From contig JBEKYR010000002.1 in NCBI GenBank assembly GCA_049510745.1, positions 96,001 through 160,000 on the forward strand: a DNA stretch of 64,000 nt, in the 5' to 3' direction. How positions within the stretch are numbered: position 1 is the stretch's first letter; each line of letters begins with the position of its first letter. Under the pieces are notes generated by a model. It was not told the origin of the DNA, did not search any database, and saw only the letters and a program-made list of their open reading frames with translations. The translations under genes and the position numbers were made by a program. Positions 9,762-18,844 of the stretch are shown here, one piece after another. This DNA comes from Verrucomicrobiota bacterium (GTDB taxonomy: Bacteria > Verrucomicrobiota > Verrucomicrobiia > Limisphaerales > Palsa-1400).

Positions 9762-9986
9762 GTGCCCTACGACCTCTTCATCAGGTACTCACGCCGCAAC
9801 AACGAGCAAGGCCGCATCACGCAGCTCGTCGAGCGCATCAAGGCCGACTTCGCTCCCTTCGCGAAGCGCGAACTCGTACCGTTCTTCGACCAGCAGGAAA
9901 TTGCCGGGATGCAAGACTGGCGGCAGCGGGCCTACGCGAATCGCGCAGGGTCATTTGGGGCGAGGTGGACCTCCGCTGGGGCCTAA
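9762..9986 (+). pseudogene. Truncated TIR-domain gene
   Basis: MPYDLFIRYSRRNN...FFDQQEIAGMQDWRQR is a TIR N-terminus; similarity stops after about 56 aa and the frame ends at 74 aa. Confidence 0.7.
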
Positions 9987-10286
9987 GCGAGGAAGCCGGG
10001 CGCGACGACCGCACCAAGCGCTTCTGCCCGCACGAACTGCGGCACGGCCACCAAGATCGCCTCAAACCTTGTTTCGTCATCCTATCCGCGACGCCTTAAA
10101 CCAAACTAATCTCATGGATACTATCGGGCATGAAACGGCGCGGGATCATGCTTCCCACCGACGAACCTCACCTGGAGCAACTGTAGCAGAAGGCGGGCGC
10201 GCGGTGAACCGCTCATCGAAACTCGGTCTGCTCCTGGGCGGGCTTTTATTGTCGCACAATGGACTTCGGCTCGGTATCGTCGCTGC

Positions 10287-13040
10287 ATGAATGAGCTAGG
10301 CAATTCCGCCCAAAACCCCTCTGCGTTGCCCTCGATTTTGGTGACGGGCGATTTCATCGTTGACCACCACATCTACGAAGGTTCGCGGCATCACTACGGC
10401 GACGCATCGCCGGGGGTGAATGTCATATTGGAGGCGGGCGGCGCGGGATTGGCGGGGAAATTGTTGGGCAGGTTGCTGGCTGAAAAGGCCAATGTCGTCC
10501 CAGACCGGGTCATGCCTGAAGATGGTATTGACACCGCCATCGCCCACCATGCCTATGCGTTCTGGCGTCCGGTCCCGGAGAATGAGCCGGTCGAAAGGCA
10601 ATTCTGGCGCTGCACGGAAGCGATGGGGTTTGGCGATCAGGGGAGCAACGCCGGCAGCAAGACCGAGCCGCCGTGTGAAGTTTGGGCTCAACCGCCGAAT
10701 TTGCCCGAAAACCCGGAGATGGTCGTCATTTCCGAAGGCGGAATGGGTTTTCGCGACACGCCGCGTTGCTGGCAATCACTTCATCTGGGCGCGGCTAAAT
10801 TGATCCTTTTCAAAACGGCGGCGCCGTTGCTCAAGGGCAAATTGTGGGAGATGCTTTCCGGAGAGTATCCGGAAAAGCTCATGGTGGTTGTTTCCGCTGA
10901 CGAGCTGCGAAAGTCCAATGCCCGCATCAGTTCCGGCTTGTCCTGGGAGTCAACTTTTGGGGATTTGGTGCGCGAGTTGGGCGCGGGCGGCAGGTTCACC
11001 GCACTGGCTAAGTGCCGCCATTTGGTTGTGGCTTGCGGTTCGGAAGGCGCGGCGTGGTTCACCTTTAACGCGGCCGCCGCGAAAATGCCGCCGCCGGCAG
11101 GTCAGGACCAGGTGCGGTTTGTGTATCAAGCTGGAAAGATCGAGCACGACCATGCACAGGAAACAGAAGGCACCGCGTTTGGATTCCTGACGTGCCTGAC
11201 CGCCGCGCTGGCGAGGGCGGCGGCCCTGGCGCTGGCCACGGCGGGCGACGCGGCATCCCAACCTTTCAACCTGGCCGAGGTGGATTTTGGCGCGGCCGTC
11301 GAGGCTGGCCTTGCCGCCATGCGTGATCTTCGTGAAAAGGGCCACGGTCCCGCCACGGAGAAGCCCGAGGGTTATCCCATTCCGCGCGTGGCCGATGTCA
11401 TTTGCAATCCGGGTGTTCGCTATACCCAGGCCGGCTTGTTTCTGGCGCAGGCCGCGAAATCCTTCGCCTTGCCTGGAACAAGTTTCCTCGGGTTGGCGCA
11501 ACAAATGAAGGGAAGCGCCAAATCCGATTTCGGCCGGTTAATTGCCATCCACGGTCCAATTGCCTTGGAGAATCTGCCGCACTTGCGGATTGGGCGGTTT
11601 ATGACGGCGGACCGCGCGGAAGTCGAATCCTTGCGCACCCTGGCTCAAGTTGTTTCGCGATACGTCAAGCATGACCAAGGCAAAAAACCGCTTTCCGTCG
11701 GCGTGTTCGGGCCGCCGGGGGCGGGAAAGTCATTTGCAGTCCGGGAGCTGGCCGACGAACTGCTCAAGAAGAAAGGCGCATGGCTTGAGTTTAATCTGTC
11801 GCAATTCGCTTCGTCCGACGACCTGAACGGCGCCTTTCACCAGGTCCGCGATCAAGTGCTGCAGGGCAGGATTCCGGTCGCGTTTTTCGACGAATTCGAT
11901 TCCGCGGGCTACAAGTGGTTGCAGTATCTGCTGGCGCCCATGCAGGACGGGCGGTTCCAGCAAGGACAACTTACCCACACCTTGGGCAAGGCCATTTTCA
12001 TCGTCGCCGGCGGCGCCAGTTGGACCTTCGACACTTTTGGACCGCCGCAGCCGGAGGCGGGCCTTGCAACCGAGCCTGAAATCGAACGCGCCTGGGTGGA
12101 ATTCTGCCTGGCCAAAGGGCCTGACTGCAAAAGCCGGCTCGATGCTTTCTTTGACGTGGCCGGCCCCAATCGCCGGGCCGTGCGGGTGAAAAACGACGAG
12201 GACCAGTGCGATTTTGAAGTCTTTGGCCAGCGCCTGCGCGAAGACCCCTCCGACACCTGGGTTGCGATTCGCCGCGCCTTGATTCTGCGCGTGGAACTGG
12301 GCCTGCCGGCGGAACAGCGGCTGGAAATCGACCCTGGATTGGTCAACGCTCTGCTTCATGTGCCGCGCTTCACACACGGCTCGCGTTCCTTCACAAAAAT
12401 TCTCAACCCCTTCAAAGCCATTCTGCCTGCCGCTCTCCAGCCCTCGGCTCTGCCGCCCTGCCGTCAACTGGAGATGCACACCGACGCGAAGGAATTCCGG
12501 CTGCTTTGCGAAGGCAAAGACCTTGCCCCGGAACTGAAGCCCGAAGAACTCCCCGAAGAAGTCATCCACCTCCTGGCGCCACAAATACACGAGACTTATA
12601 ATGAACTCGGCCTGCGGGCGGGCTGGTTGAAATCAACGGACGCCATGCCGTTGGACGAATACAAGAAGGCCAAGCCGTTTGAAGGGCAATCGAATTATGA
12701 AGCGGCGCGCCGGATGCCGGGAATTCTGGCCCTGGCCGGCCTTCGCCTTGTTCCAGGCCAATTCTCGGCCGATGAGTTGCGTCCAATTCGCCAGCATCTG
12801 GAGTTTCATTTGGATTTGCTGGCCAATGCTGAACATCTGGGGTGGATGGATTGGTATTTCCAAAATGGATGGACTTATCATCCAGACGGGCACACCCAAG
12901 AGCAAAGAGCGAAGAAGCGCCACAACTGCCTGAAACCCTTCACCCAGCTCAAGGAAGCCGACCAAACCAAAGACCGCGAGCAAGTGCGCCACTACCCGCA
13001 CTTCGCGAAGCGGGCCGGCTATAAGATCGTCTTTGCATGA
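10287..13040 (+). CDS. PfkB/ribokinase-like - AAA+ ATPase - RyR-repeat protein
   Basis: ILVTGDFIVDHHIY...GGAG PfkB-like N-terminus; Walker A GPPGAGKS; Walker B AFFDEFD; RyR LANAEHLGWMDWYFQNGWTY...HNCLKPFTQLKEADQTKDR. Confidence 0.85.
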   Translation: MNELGNSAQNPSALPSILVTGDFIVDHHIYEGSRHHYGDASPGVNVILEAGGAGLAGKLLGRLLAEKANVVPDRVMPEDGIDTAIAHHAYAFWRPVPENEPVERQFWRCTEAMGFGDQGSNAGSKTEPPCEVWAQPPNLPENPEMVVISEGGMGFRDTPRCWQSLHLGAAKLILFKTAAPLLKGKLWEMLSGEYPEKLMVVVSADELRKSNARISSGLSWESTFGDLVRELGAGGRFTALAKCRHLVVACGSEGAAWFTFNAAAAKMPPPAGQDQVRFVYQAGKIEHDHAQETEGTAFGFLTCLTAALARAAALALATAGDAASQPFNLAEVDFGAAVEAGLAAMRDLREKGHGPATEKPEGYPIPRVADVICNPGVRYTQAGLFLAQAAKSFALPGTSFLGLAQQMKGSAKSDFGRLIAIHGPIALENLPHLRIGRFMTADRAEVESLRTLAQVVSRYVKHDQGKKPLSVGVFGPPGAGKSFAVRELADELLKKKGAWLEFNLSQFASSDDLNGAFHQVRDQVLQGRIPVAFFDEFDSAGYKWLQYLLAPMQDGRFQQGQLTHTLGKAIFIVAGGASWTFDTFGPPQPEAGLATEPEIERAWVEFCLAKGPDCKSRLDAFFDVAGPNRRAVRVKNDEDQCDFEVFGQRLREDPSDTWVAIRRALILRVELGLPAEQRLEIDPGLVNALLHVPRFTHGSRSFTKILNPFKAILPAALQPSALPPCRQLEMHTDAKEFRLLCEGKDLAPELKPEELPEEVIHLLAPQIHETYNELGLRAGWLKSTDAMPLDEYKKAKPFEGQSNYEAARRMPGILALAGLRLVPGQFSADELRPIRQHLEFHLDLLANAEHLGWMDWYFQNGWTYHPDGHTQEQRAKKRHNCLKPFTQLKEADQTKDREQVRHYPHFAKRAGYKIVFA

Positions 13041-13050
13041 CTGGCCATAA

Positions 13051-15447
13051 TCATTCAGCCCGCAATGACAGCCGCGCCTCCGGCAGGCCGGGCGCGGACA
13101 CAGTCAGCTCAATCGTTCCCGCCGCGCGCGCGCTTTGCACCAGAGCGAGCGCCCGTCCCTGCCGCGTGCGGCGCGTTGGCGACCGCAACGCGCTCATGTC
13201 GCGCTGATCGCCATTGTCCAGGCCGAGCAACCGGCCGGCGCCCGTGACTTTCGCCGTGCAGAGCGCATCCGCGTTGGGGACCAGCACGCCGTTGGCGTCC
13301 ACCAGGCGCACCTCCACATGCGCCACGTCGCGGCCGTCCGCGGCGAGTTGAGCCGGCTCCGCCGCCAGCTCGAGCCGCGTGGGAGCGCCCGCGGTGACGA
13401 GGCGGTTCTCGACCGTTTGCCCGGCGCGCGTTCCGACGGCTTTGAGTTCCCCGGCTTTGAAGGGCACTTTCCATGAGAAGACGCAGTTCCTGGCATCGGC
13501 CGCTGATTTGCGGCCCAGCGACTGGCCGTTGAGAAAGAGTTCAACCGCCTCGCAGTTGGCATAAACGTCCACCGGCAACTCCGGGCGTGAATCCTCCTGC
13601 CAGTTCCAATGGTTCTCCACCGCCGCTCCGCCCTGCCCCCATTCCCGTGCGCTGCCGCGGACTGAACGGACGCCGGCAAAGACCACCGGCTTTTCCGACC
13701 AGAGCGCCACGCGCAAGGCGCCGCGCGGTTTGAGGAAGCCGCGCGTGTCGAACAATCCCGCCGCCGAACCGCGCGAGGGCCACGAGTCGGCTTCACCCAG
13801 GTAATCGAATCCCACCCACAGGAACTGCCCCGTCACGCGCGGGCGCCGCGTGATCTGGACGTACTCCATGCCGAAGCCGGTTTCGCTGCCCACGAACTTG
13901 CGGGCGGGAAACGCGGCGAAGTCCTTTTCGTACTGCTCGATCTGGTAGTTGTAACCCGCCACGTCGAGCAAGTCCGCCAGACCCGTCGCGTTCGACGCCG
14001 GCAGGTTGGCCAGCGCCGCCGTGACCGGGCGCGACGAGTCACACTCGCGAACGACCTTGATCAGGCGCGGCGCGATCTGGGCGAGGATTTCGGCGGACGG
14101 GTTTTGCGGACGGTAGCGATTGCCGTCAGCGGGGTGGCTGAAGGGATCGTTGGGGTAATCGATTTCGTTGCCGATGCTCCAGAGCACGATGCTCGGATGA
14201 TTGCGGTCGCGCAGCGCCATCTCGCGCAAGTCGGCCTCGGCCCATTGGTTGAAAACCTCCGCGTAGCCATGCCGCGAGGGCGTGCCGGCGTTGCGGCCCT
14301 CGATCCATTTGTTCTTGGCGCCGGTCCATTCGTCGAAGGCCTCGTCCATCACCATCAGCCCCATCCGGTCACAAAGGTCGTAGAACTCCGGCGCCGCGGG
14401 ATTGTGCGAAGTGCGAATCGCGTTGCAGCCGCACTCCTTCGCCAGGCGCAAACGGCGCTCCAGGACTTTATCGGGTACCGCCGCCCCCACCACTCCGGCA
14501 TCGTGGTGCAGGCAGATGCCTTTGAACTTCGTTGACTGGCCGTTGAGGAAAAACCCCTCTTGCGCGTCGAATCGAATCGAGCGGATGCCAAACGGCGTCT
14601 CGAGGCGATCCACCACCTTTCCCGCCGCCCGAATCGTGGTGACGGCGCGGTAAAGAGCCGGCGTGGCCGGCGACCACAGCTTCGGCGAAGTCACCTCCGC
14701 GCTCTGCGTGAACACCCGTTCTCCACCGGCGGGAATGGTTTCCCGGCTTGTGACTTGTTGCACCGCTTTCCGGCCGGGATCGGCCAGTTCGGTCACCAGC
14801 TCCACTTCGGCGCCGGCAGCGGTCTCGTTCTGCACGCGCGTTTGAATCGCCACCCGCGCCCGTTCCGGCGTCACTTCCGGAGTGGTCACGTACAAGCCGT
14901 GCCTGGCGACGTGCAGCTTCTCGGTGGCGTTGAGCCAAACGTGCCGATAAATGCCCGAGCCGGTGTACCAGCGGGAATCGACGATCTGCGAATGATCCAC
15001 CCGGACCGCGAGGACATTCGTCCCCGGCCGCACGTGCGGCGTCAGATCGTAACTGAAGGTTGAGTAGGCATAGGGCCGTTTCCCAAGAAAGTGTCCGTTG
15101 ATCCAGACCTCGCTGTTCATCGAAACACCATCGAACTCGACGCTTACGAGCTTGTTCCGCCAGTCGGCCGGGATCACGACCGTTTTGCGGTACCAGGCAA
15201 TGCCGCCGGGCAGGAAAGCCGTGCAACTGGCATTGGTGCGGGAGAAGTCTCCCTCGGCGCTGAAATCATGCGGCACATCCAGCAGGCGCCACGACCCGTC
15301 CGCGAACTCCGGCGCCGACGCGGCGGGGACATCACCCAAATGGAATCGCCAATCGAAGTCAATGTTCGTCCGCTGCCGCGGAGTTTCCGCCGCCTCCATC
15401 AAGGTGGCGGCGGCAAGCGAGAGGACCATCGCGCGAAGGAGATTCAT
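13051..15447 (-). CDS. Glycoside hydrolase family 2 (beta-galactosidase-like), secreted
   Basis: LDVPHD, WYRK, SRWYTGSGIY, CNAIRTSHNP, RDRNHPSIVLWSIGNE, W-GFDYLGE; signal peptide from ATG 15447. Confidence 0.95.
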   Translation of the reverse strand: MNLLRAMVLSLAAATLMEAAETPRQRTNIDFDWRFHLGDVPAASAPEFADGSWRLLDVPHDFSAEGDFSRTNASCTAFLPGGIAWYRKTVVIPADWRNKLVSVEFDGVSMNSEVWINGHFLGKRPYAYSTFSYDLTPHVRPGTNVLAVRVDHSQIVDSRWYTGSGIYRHVWLNATEKLHVARHGLYVTTPEVTPERARVAIQTRVQNETAAGAEVELVTELADPGRKAVQQVTSRETIPAGGERVFTQSAEVTSPKLWSPATPALYRAVTTIRAAGKVVDRLETPFGIRSIRFDAQEGFFLNGQSTKFKGICLHHDAGVVGAAVPDKVLERRLRLAKECGCNAIRTSHNPAAPEFYDLCDRMGLMVMDEAFDEWTGAKNKWIEGRNAGTPSRHGYAEVFNQWAEADLREMALRDRNHPSIVLWSIGNEIDYPNDPFSHPADGNRYRPQNPSAEILAQIAPRLIKVVRECDSSRPVTAALANLPASNATGLADLLDVAGYNYQIEQYEKDFAAFPARKFVGSETGFGMEYVQITRRPRVTGQFLWVGFDYLGEADSWPSRGSAAGLFDTRGFLKPRGALRVALWSEKPVVFAGVRSVRGSAREWGQGGAAVENHWNWQEDSRPELPVDVYANCEAVELFLNGQSLGRKSAADARNCVFSWKVPFKAGELKAVGTRAGQTVENRLVTAGAPTRLELAAEPAQLAADGRDVAHVEVRLVDANGVLVPNADALCTAKVTGAGRLLGLDNGDQRDMSALRSPTRRTRQGRALALVQSARAAGTIELTVSAPGLPEARLSLRAE

Positions 15448-15547
15448 GCGCCAACGTATAACGCCAACGCGGCCGGGAGGCAACTTCCTGCCGCCCGGCT
15501 GGTACGGCGGAGGCTTCTCGCTCTTTGCCGTTCAAGAACGCGCAGCC

Positions 15548-17092
15548 CTAAAACGTGAGCATGATCTCGGCGCGGAGAAAGGTCATCAGCGAATGGTTGA
15601 CATAGAAGTCGCCGGGGAAGAGCAACTCAGCCCAAAGATGCCCGCTGAGGTGCTGGTTGAATTTATATTTGAGCACGGCTTGGAGGTACTGACCGCGGTC
15701 ATCCCCCGTGCCGGTAAACGCTTCAGACGCGGCCGGCTGGTGGAATGCATTGTTCAGGTCGCGTGTCGGCACGTCCTGGTCGGCCAGCAGCAGATAGTAG
15801 CTCATGTCGAACTCCATCTTCGGCATCGGATTCACGGTCCACGTGGGGCCGAATCGAATGAGATTGGCAGTCTGCCCGACGCGCGTTTCCTGCACGTAGC
15901 TGTAAACATTGTACATCTCGCTCCATTGCGGCCACCGGCCCCACAGAACGTCAAACATTTCATCGCCGCTGGTCTTGGGGTTATCGCCGGAAAGAAACTC
16001 GAAGGAGAGGGAAGCCTGGTCATTGCATTGGTCTTTGAATTGATAGGTAAGTTTGCTCTGGGCGCCAAATGCATCCAGCCCGCGATAGCCCGTCGATTGC
16101 GCGGAGGGCGCAAGGTCCGGGTTGGCTCCGTTCTGGTTGAGTTCCGGGTCCTGTTTTCGCCCGAACTGGTAGGCGCCTTCGACCGAGTACTTCCATCGCT
16201 CCTCGACCAACCCCGAGAGCCGGCCGCCCAGCGTGTAAATATCGCCGTTGTCGCCGAAGGTCTGCGAGGGATAGTCGTTGATCCGCTTATCATGTTTGTA
16301 AATGAAGTATCCGTCCAGGTTGGCGTACTCCAGGCTCTTGTTGGCCACCCAGAGGATGGCGCCCTTTTCGTCCTGATCCGTCAAAGTGAGCGGTTCCACG
16401 TTGTCTCCCGCCTTGGTCGAAGGTCCGATGGTCGGCAGCCAGGCGTCGGGCCGCGCGTACTGGACCAAGCCGATGGCGTCAATCGTCGTGTGCAGGTCTT
16501 CGAGCTTGTAAGTCAGACGCGCGGCGTCCAGAAACGTGGTGAACGAGCCGTCCTCCGGAGTTCCGTCCCCGACCAGCCAGCCGTCTCCCAGGAAAATATC
16601 CTGCCGGCCAACGGTAAGGGTTGCGGGAAGATCGAGCGGTTTTTTCCACTGGACGTTCAAGGTGTCGAATATCCCGTAACGCCCTTGCAGGCCCGACTGC
16701 TGGTAGAACGTGTCCATGGTCGCGGGTTTGAGAAATTCCCGCGGCTCCGCCGCCAGGCGGACGTTCAAAGTCAAATCATTGGTCGGCATGAAGCTGGCCC
16801 AAATCCGGCCCCGGAAGCGGAGGTAATCATTTTCATGCACTTTGCCAAAGTCCACCTGACCGGCCGGAGGCACTCCCAGGCTCAGAGCGTTATCGAAATA
16901 CTCGTTGCGCAAGCGCAAGTCGCCGCCCCAACTGAACCAGGGAGCCGGGTTTTTGATGTCTTGGATGGTTTGTTCCAGATCACTCGGAGCAGGCGGCGCC
17001 GAGCTTCCGGCGGTGGAGACGGTGGATTGGGCGTTGCTCAGGGCCAGGGATCCGGCCAGAGCCAGGGTTGTCAATAGTCGGTTTGGATTCAT
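15548..17092 (-). CDS. Alginate-export-family outer-membrane beta-barrel protein
   Basis: Signal peptide, 'GGDLRLRNEY', 'LTVGRQDIFLGDGWLVG', 'FLSGD', terminal Phe. Confidence 0.8.
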   Translation of the reverse strand: MNPNRLLTTLALAGSLALSNAQSTVSTAGSSAPPAPSDLEQTIQDIKNPAPWFSWGGDLRLRNEYFDNALSLGVPPAGQVDFGKVHENDYLRFRGRIWASFMPTNDLTLNVRLAAEPREFLKPATMDTFYQQSGLQGRYGIFDTLNVQWKKPLDLPATLTVGRQDIFLGDGWLVGDGTPEDGSFTTFLDAARLTYKLEDLHTTIDAIGLVQYARPDAWLPTIGPSTKAGDNVEPLTLTDQDEKGAILWVANKSLEYANLDGYFIYKHDKRINDYPSQTFGDNGDIYTLGGRLSGLVEERWKYSVEGAYQFGRKQDPELNQNGANPDLAPSAQSTGYRGLDAFGAQSKLTYQFKDQCNDQASLSFEFLSGDNPKTSGDEMFDVLWGRWPQWSEMYNVYSYVQETRVGQTANLIRFGPTWTVNPMPKMEFDMSYYLLLADQDVPTRDLNNAFHQPAASEAFTGTGDDRGQYLQAVLKYKFNQHLSGHLWAELLFPGDFYVNHSLMTFLRAEIMLTF

Positions 17093-18369
17093 AGATTTGG
17101 GCTTTGTTTGAGTTCTGAATGATTGTCTGCGGGTGAAACATCGGGCGGCGGTGGGGCCGGCTTGGCCCGCGTTCCCGGCGGTTTGGTCACCATCGCCAGC
17201 AAGGCTCCGAGCACCAGCATCCCCGCCGAAATTTGATAGGCATGAAGATACGAGTGGAAGTGATCGTTAATTCCCGCGCCCAGAAGAGGGCCGACCACAC
17301 CCGCGATGCCGAAAGCGGTGAAGACCAAACCATAATTGACGCCGAGATTGCGGAGGCCGTAGAAATCCGCCGTCGCCGTGGGCATCAGCGTAAAGATTGT
17401 TCCGTAGCAAAGCCCGGTGAACGCCGAACCGAAAATCACCAACCCTGGACTGTCGTAATGGCTGAAGGCCAGCATATTCACCGCCTGCGCCAGAAACGCC
17501 AGCGTCATCGTCCGGGTCCGTCCGATTCTGTCCGAGAGCCACCCGCTGAGAAGGCGGCCCAGCGTGTTGAAGATGGCCAGCGTGGCGATGGGCACAAATC
17601 CCCACTTCCACTGCGCCTGCTCCTTTGCGATCATGGCCACCTGCGTAATGATCATCATGCCCGCCGAGGCCGAGAGCACCATCATCAACCAAAGTTGGTA
17701 GAACTGTCCGGTGCGCAGCATCTCCCCCCAATCCGACTCGACCCGGGAGGCAACCGCCGTTGGAGTGGCGGAGGCCGGCGCCACCGGCTGTTCCGGCGGG
17801 TTTCGCAAAAGTTGCGCCAGCAGCGGCACCAGAACCACCGTCCCTGCGCCGAGCCAGACAAAGGTCATCGAAATACTGGTTTGCGCCAGAAGGTACTGGG
17901 TGAGCGGGGAGATATAAACCGCTGCCAGGCCCACGCCGCTGACCACAATTCCGGTGATGACACCCTTGCGCGCGGGCGGAAACCATTTTATGGAGGGCGG
18001 GGTGGTCGCTGAGTAACCGAGACCAATCCCCAGCCCGGCGCCGACGCCAAAGGTCAACGCCATCAGGGTGGGAGTATGAACCAGCCCCGACGCAACCAGG
18101 CCGAGACCCAGCATGATGCCCCCGGCCGTCGCCACAAGCCGCGGGCCGAATTTGTCCTGGCATCGCCCCGCGAACACCATCATCCCGGCAAAACAAACTG
18201 TGGCCACGGTGAACGGCAGGGTCGCGTCAGTCTTTGTCCAATGCCAATCGCTGACGAGCGCTTTGGCAACGACCCCCCACGCGTACAACACGCCGAGGAT
18301 CAGGTTGATGGACAGGGCAGCAATGACAACGGTCCAGCCCTTGGTGACAAGCGGTTTCTTTTCGTTCAT
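17089..18369 (-). CDS. OFA-family (oxalate/formate antiporter-like) MFS transporter
   Basis: About 12 TMs, 'GRCQDKFGPR', 'KWFPPARKG', 'DFYGLRNLGVNYG'. Confidence 0.9.
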   Translation of the reverse strand: MNEKKPLVTKGWTVVIAALSINLILGVLYAWGVVAKALVSDWHWTKTDATLPFTVATVCFAGMMVFAGRCQDKFGPRLVATAGGIMLGLGLVASGLVHTPTLMALTFGVGAGLGIGLGYSATTPPSIKWFPPARKGVITGIVVSGVGLAAVYISPLTQYLLAQTSISMTFVWLGAGTVVLVPLLAQLLRNPPEQPVAPASATPTAVASRVESDWGEMLRTGQFYQLWLMMVLSASAGMMIITQVAMIAKEQAQWKWGFVPIATLAIFNTLGRLLSGWLSDRIGRTRTMTLAFLAQAVNMLAFSHYDSPGLVIFGSAFTGLCYGTIFTLMPTATADFYGLRNLGVNYGLVFTAFGIAGVVGPLLGAGINDHFHSYLHAYQISAGMLVLGALLAMVTKPPGTRAKPAPPPPDVSPADNHSELKQSPNL

Positions 18370-18393
18370 TCGTGCCTCCTGATTCAGGTTCGT

Positions 18394-18822
18394 TTAAACG
18401 GTCAGCGCCTCCTTTTGTGTCAGGACGTGGAGTCCGTGCTTCTTTAGAACATCGCCGGCTTGGGCGGCATCCTGGACTTCCAGGACCAGGATGGCGCGAT
18501 CATTGGCCACGAAACCCGAGGTGTTGGCGAGGTTGATGTTATGGGCCGCCAGGCAATCGGCGACCGTGTGCAAGGCGCCCGGCTTGTCCGCCATCTCCAC
18601 GGCGATCACGTCCGTCAACGTCGCGGCCAAGCCCTCCTGTTGAAGAGCGCGACAGGCCAGCTCAGGGTCGTTGACCAGCAATTTCATCACCCCGAAAGTG
18701 CCGCTGCTGGCCACGGTGATGCAGCGGATGTTGATGTTGGCGCGCGCCAAAATACCGGTGACGCGGGCGGCCTGGCCTGGCCGGTTTTCAGCGAACACCG
18801 CCACCAGTTTAACCGTGTTCAT
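18394..18822 (-). CDS. ACT-domain protein (PaaK/IOR-associated)
   Basis: Two ACT repeats 'VFAENRPG' and 'VEMADKPGAL'. Confidence 0.88.
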   Translation of the reverse strand: MNTVKLVAVFAENRPGQAARVTGILARANINIRCITVASSGTFGVMKLLVNDPELACRALQQEGLAATLTDVIAVEMADKPGALHTVADCLAAHNINLANTSGFVANDRAILVLEVQDAAQAGDVLKKHGLHVLTQKEALTV

Positions 18823-18844
18823 AGAGTTGATGGTTTGGGTCAGT

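Noticed and set aside
9760..10290. 176-aa ORF spanning the gap after the TIR gene
   Set aside because: Ser/Arg-rich off-frame translation overlapping the TIR fragment; not protein-like.
15098..17077. 659-aa plus-strand ORF, and similar long ORFs at 20334-21968, 27840-29444, 29742-31145, 39745-41796, 41990-43555 and 54115-55896
   Set aside because: Antisense shadows of well-supported genes, expected in high-GC DNA; no recognisable motifs.
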